Source: Mustelus asterias (lineage: Eukaryota). Taken from it: a DNA stretch of 64,000 bases. The DNA lies in the NCBI RefSeq assembly GCF_964213995.1, contig NC_135808.1, positions 23,064,001 through 23,128,000 of the forward strand, read 5' to 3'. The notes below the pieces were generated by a model that saw only the letters and a list, made by a program, of their open reading frames with translations, did not search any database and had not been told where the DNA came from. Positions 61,788-64,000 of the stretch are shown here, piece after piece. Numbering within the stretch: position 1 is the first letter of the stretch; each line of letters starts with the position of its first letter. The position numbers and the translations under genes are program-made.

Positions 61788-62574
61788 AAATTGCTGGTCT
61801 AGGGATTAGTGAAACTCATAATCCGACCAAAAGTGGGGACTGAAGTGGGAAAAATATACAGATGGGTACACATAAAATGGCTGTCTGGCACATAAACAGT
61901 CACCTCGGAAAGAGACATTAAACAGGCACTGACGTTCAGTACAGACAACCACCTGAGATTAAAGGACAGACAGCTATTCAAAGTTCAAGATGCAGGAATC
62001 AAATCCTGCAGGAAGCCAGCCAAGGCTTGAGGCACTCTTTCGGATAAGGACAATAGGGTTGGATAACGAAATTAGCTACAGGTGGGATTGGAATACCTAA
62101 CTGCAGGAAAGCCAATTACTGTAAATTACGATATGAATAGATTGAAACTAAAACCACTGATGGCCACTGACAAAGCAAATGTATCCATTCATAGAACAAT
62201 GTGATGTTAACATGTTGATGTCTGTATCTGTCCGTATTTGTCTACAGCAATGTGTTAACAATCGATCACCTACTTGATTACAACGATGTGATAATGGCTA
62301 GATGTCCGGTCCAGCCATTGTGTAAAGGGTATAAAGATGGACTACTCCTATAGTCTCATTGAGAGAAGGTTTGTTGCTTGTTAGTGCCTTTTCTTCACGA
62401 AGCTTCGTTAAAATAAAACTGTATTCTTGAAACCTTCAAGCCTCACTCAGTGGTACACTTCCCACAACAGTGACCAAGATGAAGATCGTTGTAGAAACAC
62501 GTCTGCTTCATTAATATTCTTTAGGGTAGGAATACAGCCATCCTTACTTGGTCTGGTCCATATGTGCTTCATTT

Positions 62575-63085
62575 ATGGAGTAACATAGGAAGCATCCTTT
62601 CCGGATGTATCACAGCTTGGTCTGGCCCCTTCTCTGATCAAGACCACAATAAATTACAAAGAGTTGTGAATGAAGCCCAATCCATCAGGCAAATAATCCT
62701 CCCACCCATTGACTCCCTCCACGCTTCCCGCTGTCTCAGAAAAACATCAAGCATAATGAAGGACGCCACACACCCCGGATACACTCTCTTCCACCTTCTT
62801 CTGTCAGGAAAAAGACACTAAAGTCTGAGGTCACACACTAACAAATCAAGATAATCTTCTCTCTGCTGCCATCACACTTTTGAATGGACCTAAACAGATC
62901 ATATTAAATTGATCTTTCTCGACACCCCAGCTATGACTTAGCTTTATATTAAGGACCAACTCCTTTCCATCTCCCCTCTGAACTCCAGGAACGCTATGCT
63001 TTTTCTATATGTTACCTCAGAAACAATATTTTCCACTGTATACTAATACACGTGACAATAATAAATCAGGTCAAATCAAATCAAA
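62575..63085 (+). mobile_element. LINE 3' end (Rex1/Babar or L2-group-like)
   Basis: SILSGCITAW...KLQRVV..AQSI...LP.I..L...RC.RK...I.KD.THP...LF.LL.SGKR; (aaatc)n tail. Confidence 0.75.
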
Positions 63086-64000
63086 CACCGGAGAATAACT
63101 AGTCGCAGAATTCAATTAGTAACATGTCCAGATGCTCAGGGTCACACTTTAGGACAGGATGGGAATGTCCATCAAAGCGATCCCTCAAACAGTGTTTGCT
63201 GTTTCCCATATATAAGGGAACACATCATGAGCAGAGAATACAGCTGTTAGAGTGAAAGGAATACAAATAAGTTGTTTCTCCATGTGTATGCATTTTGCGA
63301 AGTAAGAAGGTGAAAGGTTAGGCGATGTATCTGTGTGTATGGATAGTGAGTTGTTTCGGGAACGAGACTGGTTAGAGGGTGTGACGGGAAGAGCGGACCA
63401 ATGTCTTGCAAGGGGCGAAGGCGGGAGAGGAGATGAAGATGAGTTTGGAGGTGGAATTGCGCTGGAACTGGAGGAAAAGCAAAGGGAGGTCTGTTGAATG
63501 TTCAAGGTGAGGAATGTGTCATCATCATCAAAGCTGAATCCGAGACTGAGAAACAGGGAAAAAAAGAAATGACGCATGTCCAGGAAGTCGGGTGGATGAA
63601 AACCTAATCAAGTGAACTGGGGAAATCAGTGCGTAGTAAAGATTGCTGAACAGCCATTCCCCTGAAATGGAGAGAGATAAGTCGGGAAGCAAATGAGATG
63701 AATCATCTGAAGATGGGCCGTGTGGCCTCCTGTGCATTGTAGACATTCTATAAAATACTACTCGGGTTAGATTAAGAGTGATTAAGAGCCATTCGGCCCA
63801 TCGTGTGGGGCATAAATACCGACTGAAACCAATTGGACGGACAATTTCAGAGCTGTAAATGCAATGTTGTTCTATGTTGCTGGATTTTTATTTAAGAAGT
63901 CAACAGTTGTTTCATAATATTGCAGACATTGAAATGACTTACTGATGAAGAAGGGCACTACTATTCATCTCAATATTAACACTATAATTGTATTAATGCT

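Larger units (their letters stand above)
55004..62469 (+). mobile_element. ERV-2: decayed endogenous retrovirus (LTR-PBS-gag-pro-RT-[insert]-IN end-env-PPT-LTR), possibly chimeric
   Basis: LTRs 55004-~55594 and 61841-62469 (TGAAGTG...TTCCCACAACA) with TATAAA and a polyA-like signal; PPT AAAAGTGGGGAC; internal genes listed below. Confidence 0.92.

Overview
Repeat-dense eukaryotic genomic DNA, very likely from a cartilaginous fish. This is inferred from HE1/V-SINE-type tRNA SINEs with CR1-like tails, abundant CR1 LINEs, a GPR139-like GPCR family and shark-type MHC class I exons. Most of the window is mobile DNA: CR1 LINEs, two Penelope-like (PLE) families carrying hammerhead-ribozyme motifs, about 14 SINE copies, a deleted Gypsy element, a TIR element and two decayed endogenous retroviruses (ERVs). 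Host genes are the probable 3' end of an MHC class I-like gene (TM exon at 5105-5209 plus two duplicated candidate cytoplasmic-tail exons), an apparently intact two-exon GPR139/142-like GPCR (minus strand, 27561-35277) and a divergently oriented GPCR pseudogene truncated by an ERV LTR. Highlights: (1) an MHC class I alpha-2 exon, with its splice acceptor and a PLE fold-back, sits inside a provirus in place of RNase H and integrase; (2) that provirus has an Env fusion subunit with filovirus/ASLV-like architecture; (3) a ~330-bp U2-snRNA-headed, hairpin-rich, A-tailed retroposon with an 18-bp TSD, a candidate new snRNA-derived SINE or non-autonomous Keno derivative; (4) a PLE family that repeatedly inserts as fold-backs with a fixed inversion end. 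All calls were made by eye without database searches, and boundaries of old repeats are approximate.
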